A stretch of 64,000 nucleotides of DNA from Mobula hypostoma. Taxonomy: Eukaryota. Positions 12,331-24,689 of the stretch are shown piece by piece. Every line of letters starts with the position of its first letter. The stretch's first letter is position 1. Location: the NCBI RefSeq assembly GCF_963921235.1, contig NC_086106.1, positions 24,924,001 to 24,988,000 of the forward strand, given 5' to 3'. The position numbers and the translations under genes are program-made. Below the pieces are notes generated by a model, which did not search any database, had not been told where the DNA came from, and was given only the letters and a program-made list of their open reading frames with translations.

Positions 12331-12602
12331 CCAAGAAGGGTCAGAGCCATCTCTATTTTCTGAGGAGACTGAGGTCCTTTAACATCTGTCGGACGATGCT
12401 GAGGATGTTCTGCAAGTCTGTGTTGACCAGTGCTATCATATTTGCTGTTGTGTGCTGGGGCAGCAGGCCTGAGGGTAGCAGACTCCAACAGAATCAACAA
12501 ACCCATTAGTAAGGCCAGTGATGTTGTGGAGATGGAACTGGACTCTCTGACAGTGGTGTCGGAAAAGAGGATGCTGTCCAAGTTGAATGCCATCTTGAAC
12601 AA
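12330..12602 (+). mobile_element. Rex1/Babar-like LINE 3-prime fragment
   Basis: KKGQSHLYFLRRLRSFNICRTMLRMF..VVCWGS. Confidence 0.8.
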
Positions 12603-13617
12603 TGACCCTGGTTCCTCTGGTCCTCACCTACCACCCCACCAGCCTCCGGGTCCAACATATTATTCTCCGTAACTTCCGCCACCTCCAACGGGATCCCACC
12701 ACTAAGCACATCTTTCCCTCTCCCCCTCTCTCTGCATTCCGCAGGGATCGCTCCCTACACAACTCCTTTGTCCATTCGTCACCCCCATCCCTCCCCACTG
12801 ATCTCCCTCCTGGCACTTATCTGTGTAAGCGGAACAAGTGCTACACATGCCCTTACACTTCCTCCCTTACCACCATTCAGGGCCCCAAACAGTCCTTCCA
12901 GGTGAGGCATCACTTCACCTGTGAGTCGACTGGGGTGATATACTGCGTCCGGTGCTCCCGATGTGGCCTTTTATATATTGGTGAGACCCGACGCAGACTG
13001 GGAGACCGCTTTGCTGAACATCTACGCTCTGTCCGCCAGAGAAAGCAGGATCTCCCAGTGGCCACACATTTTAATTCCACATCCCATTCCCATTCTGACA
13101 TGTATATCCACGGCCTCCTCTACTGTAAAGATGAAGCCACACTCAGGTTGGAGGAACAACACCTTATATTCCGTCTGGATAGCCTCCAACCTGATGGCAT
13201 GAACATTGACTTCTCTAACTTCCGCTAGGCCCCACCTCCCCCTCGTACCCCAGCTGTTACTCCTTTTTATGCACACATTCTTTCTCTCACTCTCCTTTTT
13301 CTCCCTCTGTCCCTCTGAATATACCTCTTGCCCATCCTCTGGGTCACCCCCCCCCGTCTTTCTCCCTAGGCCTCCTGTCCCATGATCCTCTCGTATCCCC
13401 TTTTGCCTATCACCTGTCCAGCTCTCGGCTCTATCCCTCCCCCTCCTGTCTTCTCCTATCATTTTGCATCTCCCCCTCCCCCTCCAGCTTTCAAATCCCT
13501 TACTCACTCTTCCTTCAGTTAGTCCTGACGAAGGGTCTCGGCCTGAAACGTCGACTGCGCCTCTTCCTATAGATGCTGCTTGGCCTGCTGCGTTCACCAG
13601 CAACTTTGATGTATGCA
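12603..13617 (+). mobile_element. Young Penelope-like element (GIY-YIG endonuclease end)
   Basis: Open 208-aa frame with VIYCVRCSRCGLLYIGETRRRLGDRFAEH; absent from the paralogous site at about 55,125. Confidence 0.9.
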
Positions 13618-14450
13618 GTGAAGAAATATGTGGTTATATTAACCCGTTCTTGTATACGAGTTCTTTACATTTAGGCGATATCTTCTTTGGATACAAATTA
13701 TTTTGTTAGCTTTATAGCAAGACAAATACAAGTTAGGGAACCACTCTCGGATAATACTGCAGACGTTAGTGAACCTGACAAGTGAGGTAGGCCGGACCAT
13801 TGAAAACTGGAGCCATTCCGAGCTCATTGATGTCCTCCTACAGAAGGGAATTAAGTGGATTTCGAGCCGCACCCACAGGTGGTTCATATCATGGTGGAAA
13901 CTTCAGATATTAATTAGGTCTGAGTGAACGTATATTAGTTCCAACATGAAGGTATACAATCTGGACGTAGAGGTTTTTCCACGCAGTCCTTTGCAAAGAA
14001 GTGGCTATTATCAATGTGGTGCAATCACTAATGCATGCCCTGACCACACTGCTTTGGAAGAATAAACATTAAACCATCTGTTGGTTCTGAAGAGCACACA
14101 ATTCCCTTCAGGGGAGTTCCTAAAAGCAGGCATATTTACTCGTCGTAAATGGAAGCAACTAGAATATATGACGAAAATGACTCGGAAATAGTCGGCCAAT
14201 GAGTACTTACCATTGTTACCGGATCGTCATAAAATATCAAGTGTAGCGCACATTTTCATCGCAGGAGATATTATGATTATAGTTTAAACGCAGCGCCTCA
14301 GAACACATTGAAAATTCAAGTTTTTTCAAGGAAGAAGATGATTTCCGCAGTAGGTGTGCATCAAATCTCTCTGCCGGGCACGTTTTTAACAAGATTAGTC
14401 TTTCACTTGAGCCACTGGTTTGAGTAACTACAGTCCTAGAGCTGCTGGTT
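13618..14450 (+). mobile_element. BEL/Pao LTR retrotransposon integrase remnant
   Basis: IDVLLQKGIKWI..PNHLLVLK..RRKWKQLEY..NEYLPLL; the paralog adds TPFTRVGVDCLGHFKVK. Confidence 0.75.
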
Positions 14451-14619
14451 GATTGTCCTGAGGATTTTGACTGAGTTACTGCCTTGACAACTCCATTATG
14501 TTATGGTATCCTCTGGCCTAGGACATTTGCATATATGTTAAGATGTTTATGGATGAAAATATAATCTCTGCTATTTCAGTTGACTGTAGTAATTATGATA
14601 TTGCAATAACTGATGGCGG

Positions 14620-15031
14620 AGATGTAGTAGCCCTGTATCTGTTTTCTGTCTGTCTGTATTGTATATTACGTCGTTAGATTTATTGTTACGATGATTTATC
14701 ATTTGACGTTGGAATTGTTGAAGGAAAATTATATAGTCACATATTCAGCCTTTGTGCCGTAGATTTAGCATAGCTTTGATTTATTTTGTGCTTATTTCAC
14801 TATTGCGCTTATTTTGCTAACTGTGCTTTTTACGCAGAACGCCTCAATATCGATAATTTTTATCACCTGTCTTTTCTTGTTTCGTTATAAATTATCGAGC
14901 ATCCTTTGTCGACCTGATAATCACTTATTTTGAGGCACATAATACACTGTTAATTCGCTTCTTCATCATCTCTGAGGATTTGTATTATATATTTTTTTTT
15001 CAACCTGCTGCTACGAGTGGCGACGAGGTAC
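14620..15031 (+). mobile_element. Possible LTR followed by a PBS-like TGGCGACGAGG
   Basis: TG-starting AT-rich block ending just before tggcgacgagg (about 15,018-15,028). Confidence 0.3.
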
Positions 15032-15339
15032 TTTCATACCAGCCTGAGACAATTCATCATTATCATCATCAGCTGCCATGCCCAGTTTGAACTTTGACTG
15101 CCATGGTCCATACACTCCTCTTTCGGGTCAAGGGAATCAATTCATTGCTATTCATTTCTAGTTCTTTGGCTGCCATCATCATTTGTATGTGCCTTCCTTT
15201 TGCTTTCCTCCCTTCAATCGTTCCCATAATTATCGTGCATTAAAACTCCTCTTTCCTAATCACATATCCAGTGACGTTACAATGACCTACTCAATGCACA
15301 GCACTTTTTTTTTTCTTCAGAATGGTCATCGAGACGTTC

Positions 15340-15722
15340 CGGTTAAAAACAAAAGAAAAAGGAACACGTGCTTCCGGGACATTGGTTGTTCCCCTGTTCG
15401 TAAACAGACAGTACGACTAATAATAATAGAAAGTAATCATAAACTGGACAATATATAAAGAAGGATTTAGCATGTGTGTTTTTTTTTTATTTCAATGCGG
15501 AATCAAATCTGACGTACCTGAATAGAGCAAATTAACAGAACACTGACAATTTGTTGATGCTCTTTGTGAACACTGATTGGTCGTTCAGTTTAGAACGTGG
15601 AAATTTACGACAGAAGATATAGAAACACTTGCTGGTTACACAGCTCATATTTAAAAGAACAATTAACATAAATGTATCAATGAAAACCGCAGCAGAGACG
15701 CAATTCAGTTGCGGTCAGGAAT
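15340..15722 (+). pseudogene. Decayed NAR-TCR D-J spacer and J relic (relic B)
   Basis: tgtgtgtttttt..cggaatc (15,473-15,504) resembles 29,579-29,604; agaaca..tgtatcaatg (15,673) ..cggtcagg (15,712) resembles the J RSS and J coding sequence. Confidence 0.4.
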
Positions 15723-16149
15723 GAAATTCCGCGTGAAAAACTTACAACGTCTGAGCAGATACGTTCCTGCTGACGAAACTGTCTTTCTTTTCTTGTAGGG
15801 GCTCCGACACATCATAACAATGCAATTTTAAAGGTGAAAGTTGCAGAGATATGCAACAAGGTAAGACATGCCGGGCAAACAGGAATAAACGGACTGCACA
15901 AGTAAGAGCAAGAGAAAAAAAAAGTCAAGGGTCAGTTTCCAAAGAGCACCGATCAGCCTGACTTTGACGATAAATTCTGATAAAGAAAAGCGTCAACGGA
16001 CGTGTAGCCTTGAGATTTACAATCTGTAAATTAACAAGAGACAATCAGTAAGGGATAAACAGAATAGAACGGTAAAATAATAGACACTCTCTCGGCTGCG
16101 ACAGTCAGTCTTTCCAATGAGCGTGAAAAAGAAGCTGGCAGATAATCAA

Positions 16150-16950
16150 CCTATTGTGGAAAACAGATAACTACTGTATGAATGACATTAGAAATGGAAA
16201 TGCAAAAGTCAATAAGACCAGCAATGTGGGTCGCTTTTGGCTGAGAAGACTACAACTTGATTGGAGATGCATCCAGCGTTTGCTTGCAAATCCCTGCAAA
16301 ATCAACTGAAGGTGAAGTAATAAAGGTACTGGATAATGCCACAGCAGTGTTGAGTATATTTCAGAATTTTTCCAGCGGATCAAGAGTAAAATAGTATCAA
16401 CTGAATATTTCACACACTAGTTATACATTGCATTTCCGTTCCTTGCACCATCCCTAGTTTGGAGTGTTAAACCTTTTAACCAGCACAGGGTTGGGAACCA
16501 GATTACCTTCATTAATGATCATCAATCACTTATGTCTATTCTAGATCCAGATAAGCATGTTTCACTGTGGGTAACGGTACGAATACAGAGACAAACGGCT
16601 GAGACAAACTGAAAACTTCTCAAACAAGGAGAACAAAGTTTCAGTTTGAGACAAATAGTTCTGGCGAGGAAATAAGTTGGTGATCAAAAGCGAGTGCTTG
16701 AAAAGTTTAAGGACCGAACTGGATCACTGCCCTGGACAGTAGAGATTATGTTCTATATCCTCCGGAGACAACACATTGAACAGTTGGGGAAATTAGAATC
16801 AATCGATGAGAAGAAAGAACTCCAGAGAAGTCAGAAAAGCCTTCTGGATTCCCAGACTCAATTCCTGCTACCCCAAAGTTGGCAGCCCCCAGTCTGATAT
16901 TGGTTTATTGCAACAAATTTCACCTGTCAGGTAGAATTATACTCCCACTG
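16150..16950 (+). mobile_element. Ancient CR1 RT relic
   Basis: EVIKVLDNATAV relic of E.VTK.ID.G..VD; degenerate LF.I.IND-like region. Confidence 0.45.
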
Positions 16951-17302
16951 CCCTTGAAAAGAAAGAAGATATCCCACAGGTAAAAGAGAATTATCCAGAG
17001 ACAGTGAACCTACGAGTCTGAATGAGGCAATTCAAACTTCACGGCACTGTGGATGTTAATAGTTTAAATATATTGTTTGATAAAGCATTAATTGGATGGT
17101 GACGTAACTCATTACATGTTTCATAAACTTAAGTGCATGAGCGGCAAAAGTAATTACGCCGCGCCATGAAAAAAAAACGCTAAGTAGAAACGCTTTCTAT
17201 GCTCCCGTCTGTTTTCTTAGATTATTTTGACTAAATAACAGTGAAGTCGGATGTGAATCACCGAGTGTTCCTTGAAGCCAGATGGTTCCTTGAAGCCAGA
17301 TG

Positions 17303-18555
17303 GACTATTACTCTTCTCAGCCTGTCTCTTGCAAAAACACCATCCCCTTCTTGCAATTCCTCCGTCTCCGCCGCATCTCCTCTCAGGATGAGGCTTTTCA
17401 TTCTAGGAAGAGGGAGATGTCTTCCTTTTTTAAAGAAAGGGGCTTCCCTTCCTCCACTATCAACTCTGCTTTTAAACGTATCTCCCCCATTTCACGTACA
17501 CATGCTCTCACTCCATCCTCCCGCCACCCCACTAGGAATAGGGTTCCCCTGGTCCTCACCTACCACCCCACCAGCCTCCAGATCCAACATATTATTTTCC
17601 GTAACTTCCGCCACCTCCAACGGGACCCCACCACTAAGCACATCTTTCCCTCCCCCCATCCCACTGCATTCCGCAAGGATCGCTCCCTACGCAACTCTCT
17701 TGTCCATTCGTCCCCCCCATCCCTCCCTACTGATCTCCCTCCTGGCACTTATCCGTGTAAGCGGAACAAGTGCTACACATGCTCTTACACTTCCTCACTT
17801 ACCACCATTCAGGGCCCCAAACAGTCCTTCCAGGTGAGGCAACACTTCATCTGTGAGTCGACTGGGGTGATATATTGCGTCCGGTGCTCCCGATGTGGCC
17901 TTTTATATATTGGCGAGACCCGACGCAGACTGGGAGACTGCTTTGCTGAACATATACGCTCTGTCCGCCAGAGAAAGCAGGATCTCCCAGTGGCCACACA
18001 TTTTAATTCCACATCCCATTCCGATTCTGACATGTCTATCCACGGCCTCCTCTACTGTAAAGATGAAGCCACACTGAGGTTAGAGGAACAACACCTTATA
18101 TTCCGTCTGGGTAGCCTCCAACCTGATGGCATGAACATCGACTTCTCTAACTTCCGTTTAATGCCCCACCTCCCCCTCGTACCCCATCTGTTACTTATTT
18201 TTATGCGCACATTCTTTCTCTCACTCTCCTTTTTCTCCCTCTGTCCCTCTGAATATACCCCTTGCCCAATCTCTGGGTCCACCCCCCCCACCCCTTGTCT
18301 TTCTTCCCGGACCTCCTGTCCCATGATCCTCTCGTATCCCTTTTGCCTATCACCTGTCCAGCTCTTGGCTCCATCACTCCCCCTCCTGTCTTCTCCTATT
18401 ATTTTGGATCTCTCCCTCCCCCTGCAACTTTCAAATCCCTTACTCACTCTTCCTTCAGTTAGTCCTGTCGAAGGATCTTGGCCTGAAACGTCGACTGCAC
18501 CTCTTCCTAGAGATGCTGCCTGGCCTGCTGCGTTCACCAGCAACTTCTATGTGTG
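17303..18555 (+). mobile_element. Penelope-like element (5-prime truncated)
   Basis: SCKNTIPFLQFLRLRRISSQDEAFH..LLYIGETRRRLGD; paralog at about 59,419-60,680. Confidence 0.9.
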
Positions 18556-20420
18556 TTGCTGGTGTTATGAACGCCGTCTTCCACTCATCTTCATAGCGGT
18601 CTATAGAACCAGTTTGGTGAAGCTCCAGTTTGAGAGTGTTTTAATGCACTATCCATTGAGTGGAGCGTTTGGCATTCTATATATTTATTTTGTAAAGTCT
18701 ACAGTAGTGAATGCATGGATGAACACCACAATTTATTCTCTTTTCTTACACATAATGACTCTACACTGGCGCTGAGGACTGGGATTTTTGAATGGGGGCA
18801 TTCCGTAGCGCATCGGAGATATACTCATTCAAGGCTCTGGCCTCAGGATGAGCGAAGTATAACAGACGAATCGGGCAGGGGAGATTCCCAGGAGTTATGG
18901 TCCTCCTGCTGCTGTGAGGCAGCAGAATGCAGGTTTCCATTTTACTAAAGGCAATGGCTAAGTAAGTGTATTCCTGGGGGAATTTGGTAAGGTCGTGAGA
19001 TTTACCGGGTGAAGTCAATTGAAGTTGCAGGCAGATGACTTCCCCAGCTCATCACTGAGCCTGATGACTTGGCGAAATGAGGGTGGTAACTCAATACGAT
19101 ATGAGTTTTGGGTGAGTCGGTAAGTACGAATTTGTGGACACGACCTATTTATTCGACGATGTTCAATTTAACAGGTCCTCTGGGCGTTCTGACCATTTTA
19201 ATCCCAATGGGAAGTCCATCACGTTCCGTTTATGCAGAGGTGGTAGAGATCAGCTGGATGGGCGGTCGGACTTGCACACAGAGAGCCATTTCCAGAAGGT
19301 TGCATCCTGCACTGAGTAGATTATGGACTTCTATCCACGTAGAGCTGTCGAGGCGTGGAGGAAGACAGAGTGAGAGAATAAGGCTTTGTTACAGAAAGGA
19401 CCAAGAAGGAATTCGTCTCCACCTGCTTGTGCCGTTTCTTGGGCGAAGTGGAAAAAGGATGTGTGGGTGATCGGAAGCTGCGTAGTAAGGGCAAATTATG
19501 TCACTGCACTAGTCCTTCATACTGTTGGGGCTGGGAGCTGTAAGGGTCTGGGCAATAAGTATCTCCTGCTGCCATCACTGGTTCTGTGCGCCTTGATGAT
19601 GAGGATCCTGCAGCCTGAACTATTTCTGGGAACGAAATAAGCTTCCTGCATGTTATTTTAGGGGGTCGTCCCATCAGCAAGTTCTGAATTATGATGGCTA
19701 GAAGGTTAGAAGTATTTGTTTTCGTTGGGCCTCTCACCGGTGTACAACCCGCACAGGCGCCCTGATATACTCTGATGCTCATAGGCGAATAGCGCTTTCA
19801 AAATCCAGTCCTGAAATTGATGATGTTAACGAGAACCGAGCATGAAACACAAAACGCGAAGTATCTGATATGCTAATCACTATCCACTTCCTTGATGGTC
19901 GAATAGCGGAAGCAACTAAACAACGTATTAGTAATAATTATTACAAATAACGGTTTTATTTTCCCAAATCCAGGTGGCCCCGACAGAGTCCCAATTTAGG
20001 AGAGAGATTAGGAGGGCTATCTTGGCTCTGTACATGGAATATAGAGATAGCAGGAGCTCGAAGTGTAAGATACCACTAGTCCAGGAAGTTGGAACATCTT
20101 GTTGCAAATCTGTTGAAGCGTTCGTGTACTGCAATGTTGGACTCAGAGCTAGGAGGTAGAATGGCGTTCTATTGCTTGTGCGATATGAAAGGTTGTTTGA
20201 AATTGGCGACCGTGTGATCAATAGCTTCCTGCTCCTATGGGATCCTGTGCTTCTGTCGACAGTTGATTTCCTTTGCAAGACCATATTTTGTTGGGTCAAT
20301 AACTGTATCACCCATGCTGTAAAAAAATGTAGAACAGGCTTCACTTAAAAACCAGAGCAGCGGATCCGACTTACAAGTAAACGCGCACGCCAATCTGAAG
20401 TTAACACATCCAAATATTCA
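18556..20420 (-). mobile_element. Sushi-like Ty3/Gypsy remnant (gag, protease, start of RT)
   Basis: RAKIALLISLL..ATWIWEN gag relic; EYTYLAIAFSK..LLPH..RLLY..PEARALNEYISDAL relic of the RT N-terminus. Confidence 0.75.
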
Positions 20421-20729
20421 ACTGACGATGGATATGGAGAAGAATTGTTGACTCCCAAACGTGGACATTCTAATAAAACTGACACCGGATGCTAGTGTTC
20501 GATGCCAGATAACACGGATTTATACATCAAAATAATAGTCGCCATCACGCCTCACAATGTAGAGCGGTGTTTTCAATGTGGATTAACATTGGGAAAGCTA
20601 TTTCGGAGCAGGAGACAATTGATCACGACTTTTCTACAGAATGGTTACCAAGGGAATGAAATTTATCGGGGCCTTAAAAAGGAAGATGGGAAAAAAAACA
20701 AAAAAAAAGGGGGAACCTCAGATCGCGGA

Positions 20730-21910
20730 AGAAGCTACCAACTGTCTTCCCTATTTCGCCGTTGGTTATGAAAAGTCTCCAGAATCCTGAAGAAGTGACG
20801 AATTAATGCCTCCCACAAACAGGAACGGGAGCTCACATTTCAGGTTTTGTGGTTCAATGCTGACCCGGGACTACGTGCGGCTAGATTCCCTATTGCATAT
20901 AAAGCAGCGAGTTTTGCCCAGACGGGACAAGCCGTGGAAAATTGAAGTGGGGAGAGGAGCTGTGTGCACTTGGTTTACTTGGAGAAGTGTACGGCCGCAG
21001 AAGATGGCATAGGCAATCCCTACACGAGTGCAGTCGACGACGCAAAGGTACTGTCCTGCGCCGATGGCTTTTGGACCAGCTGGTAAAGAAAACGTTGAAA
21101 TAAGACCAGAGAATTAGAAAGTCATCAAAGAGAAAGTTGAGACTATAAGTTAGAACTGGAAGAGAAGTTTACACACAATAGGAAAAAGGAAACGTATTCG
21201 TTCAGGACTAGCCAATCAAGAAGGACTGATTTGGGAATTGAGTATGTATGTCACTGGACTTGACATGTCTACACTTATTCCTCATGCAAATGACAGAGTT
21301 TGGCACCGAAGCGTAGATTATGATCGACACTTTGACAGTTCGAACCGGCAGTAAGTCGAGGGGAGTATATGTGGCATCAAGTATCGCACATACTCTTATG
21401 TGAAATTTCTATATACCGAAAAAGAAAGCTTTCCTGAACACATTTTACAAGCACCACCTCATCAAGTCCTTTTACCGCATGGGAGTTCCAGACAATATGT
21501 GGGAAGTTATTGTCACCTATTTAACAACCCTGTGTTTCTTGCATTGCTCTGCGAAGTCTCTACAAATTTCTTCCTTTCAGACCCCGATTACTGAGTGATC
21601 TGTAATATAGACCGATTGATGTGGAAATGCCTTTCGCAATTCCCAGCTCATACATAACGCCTCACTTAGTTGAGTTATTTACGTTGTACTGACTGAGCAT
21701 TGTCATGAATTTTCACTAACTCGTAACACAATCGTTTCTCATTTGAATGCTGCTCTTCTCTCGCGTCCTAAGCAATGGAACCGCGGGATAATGAGTTGTT
21801 ATTCCTATCAATTCTGCACCAAGTCTCACAACTGGCTACAATATATAATTTCCTGCGTCCATCTATGCCCTGAGCTGAACTGACTTTGTGAAGATTCCTC
21901 TAGTAGTGAA
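20730..21910 (+). pseudogene. Decayed L-V-D-J-supporting V cassette (relic C)
   Basis: gttg..ATG..agtct (20,768); acceptor at 20,843; tggaaaatt (20,935) identical to the TGKF codons; aaggtactgt (21,045); tggaagaga..aatag (21,157); J-like D-T-L-T-V-R followed by GTAAGT (21,351); strong acceptor ending at 21,580; D-P-I-T-E start; TTG TAC TGA CTG (WYRQ relic, 21,684); IYALS*TD FR3 relic. Confidence 0.45.
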
Positions 21911-22379
21911 ATAAACGCAAGTCAGGACATCCGGCACAACATTCTCAAATTTTTGATTGTTGATATTGTCTGAAATGTTAACAACGTCTGTCTTTCAACT
22001 ATCTGCTCTTACGCTCTACGGCCCAACACTACCAAATCTTCAGAGTAGTACATTGTCCCTCCTCTAATTTAATTGTAACCGTCTGTTCTGTAGAGAACGC
22101 ACTTTCCCTGGAAGACCGCTGAATAATCCAAAAATCTCACGTGCTCCCTCATAGACCAACTCTTTATTTAACTGTATCATTTACCAACTTCTGGCCTCAC
22201 GAGGGCTTCGCACAGGGAACAATGCTGAGATCACAGCTCTGGAGATCCTATCCTCTAGCGTAGATTCCAAATCATTCAGATCACTGCAGAACCTGGTCAG
22301 TCTTACTATTAATGTCACTGCTACTTACGTGGGCCACGACATCTGGTTGTTCGAACACCCATCTAAAATTCTGAAAACT

Positions 22380-23110
22380 CGATTCGGGAGGTCCAGGACA
22401 CTGGCACTGTGGATTAACAGTTCCGTGAGAGCAGCACTTACTGGGCAACTCAAAGCTTGTGTTGCCGGTATTCAGCAGCAGTACAAGATACGCAGCCATG
22501 ATCCGCGCAACATAAATATGGCAGCAAAACAACACTACAGGAACAACATCGAGCCACAACTTTTACCAACTACCACCTCAACTTACGACAAGGTCTGTAC
22601 ACCATCGCAGACTCAGAGCTAAAGGCAGTGGATTTTCCAACATCGCTGCCTCTCTCCCAGACGAGCTAAATCTTTGTACGCTTGATTCCCTGTTGCCAAT
22701 ACTGAGCCCCTGAGGAGAGCTGCAAATAATGTGACCGGCACCCTGGTTATTTCTGAGGCTGAAATGCGCAGGTGTTTCCAACGAGTGGACATTCACCAGA
22801 CTGTGGGACCGGACGGCATCCCAGTGCGGGTACTCATGAAGTGCGCGGCACCACAGGCAGATTGGGTAACAGACATTCATAATCTATCCGCCTCCCAATG
22901 TAGAGTGCCATCCTGCATCAAAACATCGGTCATCGGTTATTGTTCCTGTATCTGAAATGACCAAGGTAACATGTCCGGACGCCTGATGTACTGTTAGACT
23001 CTCCTCGGTAACAAGCAAATGCTTTAAGTGGCAGTTAGGGACTATATCTGAGGCATGCTACAACCATACTGAACCCCCTACAATTCAGCTGTCAACATAA
23101 CCGTACAGTA
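22380..23110 (+). mobile_element. Degraded Rex1/Babar-like LINE
   Basis: LWINSSVRAAL..AAKQHYRNNIE..GPDGIPVRVL. Confidence 0.7.
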
Positions 23111-23129
23111 GATGACTCAATAGCCCCAT

Positions 23130-24600
23130 TAATGCATGCCTCTTCGTCGGTTATGTGCCGCAACTATGCCTGTCTCTTCGTTGGTCATCTGGAACAGTCT
23201 ATGCTCCAAATCTATACTGATATTGTTCCCCAACTTTTCCTTCTCTGCATTGACGACTACATTGGTGCTGCTTCCTGCACAAGTGCAGAGTTCGTCAATT
23301 TTATCGACTTTACTTCAAATTTCCACCCAGCCCTTTAAATCACTTGGCCCATCTCGGACACTTCTCTCCCCTTTCTTGATCACGCGGTCTCCATCTCTGG
23401 AGATAGACTGTCCACTGAAACCTTCTATAAGCCCACTGATTCTCATAACTCCCTGGCCTATACCTCCTCCCACCCAGCCACATGCAAAAATGCCATTCCC
23501 TTTTTCCAGTCTCAGCAGCATCTGCTCCCAAGATGAGGCTTTCCGTTCCAGGACATCTCAAATATCCTCTTTCTGAAGGGGCTTGGTTTCCCTTCTGCCG
23601 TCATCTCTGATGCCCTCACCCGCATCTCCTCCATTTCCCGCACTTCGGCCCTCACCCCATCCTCCCGTCACCACAACAGGGACAGAATTCCCCTTGCCCT
23701 CACATACCACCCCACCAGCATCCGGATCCAGCAGATTACCCTCCGCAACTTCAGCTACCTTCAACAAGTCACCACCAATATGCACATTGTTCCTCTCCAG
23801 CCCTATCCGCCTTCTGCAGTGATCGTTAGATCCGCCACACCCTGGTCCACACGCCCCTTCGCACGGATCTCCCGCCCGGGACTTATCCCTGTAAGCATAA
23901 GTGCTACACCTATCCCTACACCTCTCTTGCCACCATTCAGGGCCCCAACTAGTCCTTCCAGGTGAAACAACACCTCGCTTGTGAGTCTGTTGGGGTTACC
24001 TTTTGCATCGCTGCTCCCGGTGCGGCATCCTCTACATCGGTGAAACCCGAGGCAGATTGGGGGACAGCTTCCTCGAGCACATCCGCTCCGTCTGCCACAA
24101 CAGACAGGATCTCCCGGTTGCCACCCACATCAAGTCTGCTTCGCATTACCAGTCGGATATGTCCATGCATGGCCTCCTATGCTGCCATGATGAGGCTAAA
24201 CTCAGCTTGGAGGAGCAACACCAAATATACCGTCTGGGTAGTCTCCAGCCTCTTGGTATGCAAATTGAATTCTCCAGCTTCCGGTAGTTTCCTTCTCCCT
24301 CTTCACCCATCCCAGTTTTATTCTGCCCCCTCCCCCAGCTGCCTATCACCTCCCTTAGGGTTCCGCCTCCATCTACTACCCGTTCTGCTTTCCCCTATTT
24401 CTTCTTCACCTTTTCTGTCTATCCCTTCCTGCTTCCCCTTCCATACCCCTTTATCTTTTCAATTTCTGTTTTTTATTTTTCACCTGGCTCCGAGCAGCCT
24501 CTCCTTCCCATCCTCCCCCAACCTTCTCTATAGGGCCTCTGCCCCTTCCCTCTTCAGTCCTGATGAATGCTTCCGGCCCAAAATGTTGACTGATCATTTC
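23130..24600 (+). mobile_element. Degraded Penelope-like element (RT plus GIY-YIG)
   Basis: NYACLFVGHLEQ..IDDYIG..LYIGETRGRLGDSFLEH. Confidence 0.85.
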
Positions 24601-24689
24601 TCCTCCAGCGTGTTGTGTGTGTACCTCTGTTGTATGTATTAATGCTGTTGTTGTGTGTGTACCTCTGTTGTATGTATTAATGTTGTTCT

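Noticed and set aside
17300-18775. 491-aa ORF as a host gene
   Set aside because: A Penelope GIY-YIG fragment reading through into pyrimidine-rich 3-prime sequence.
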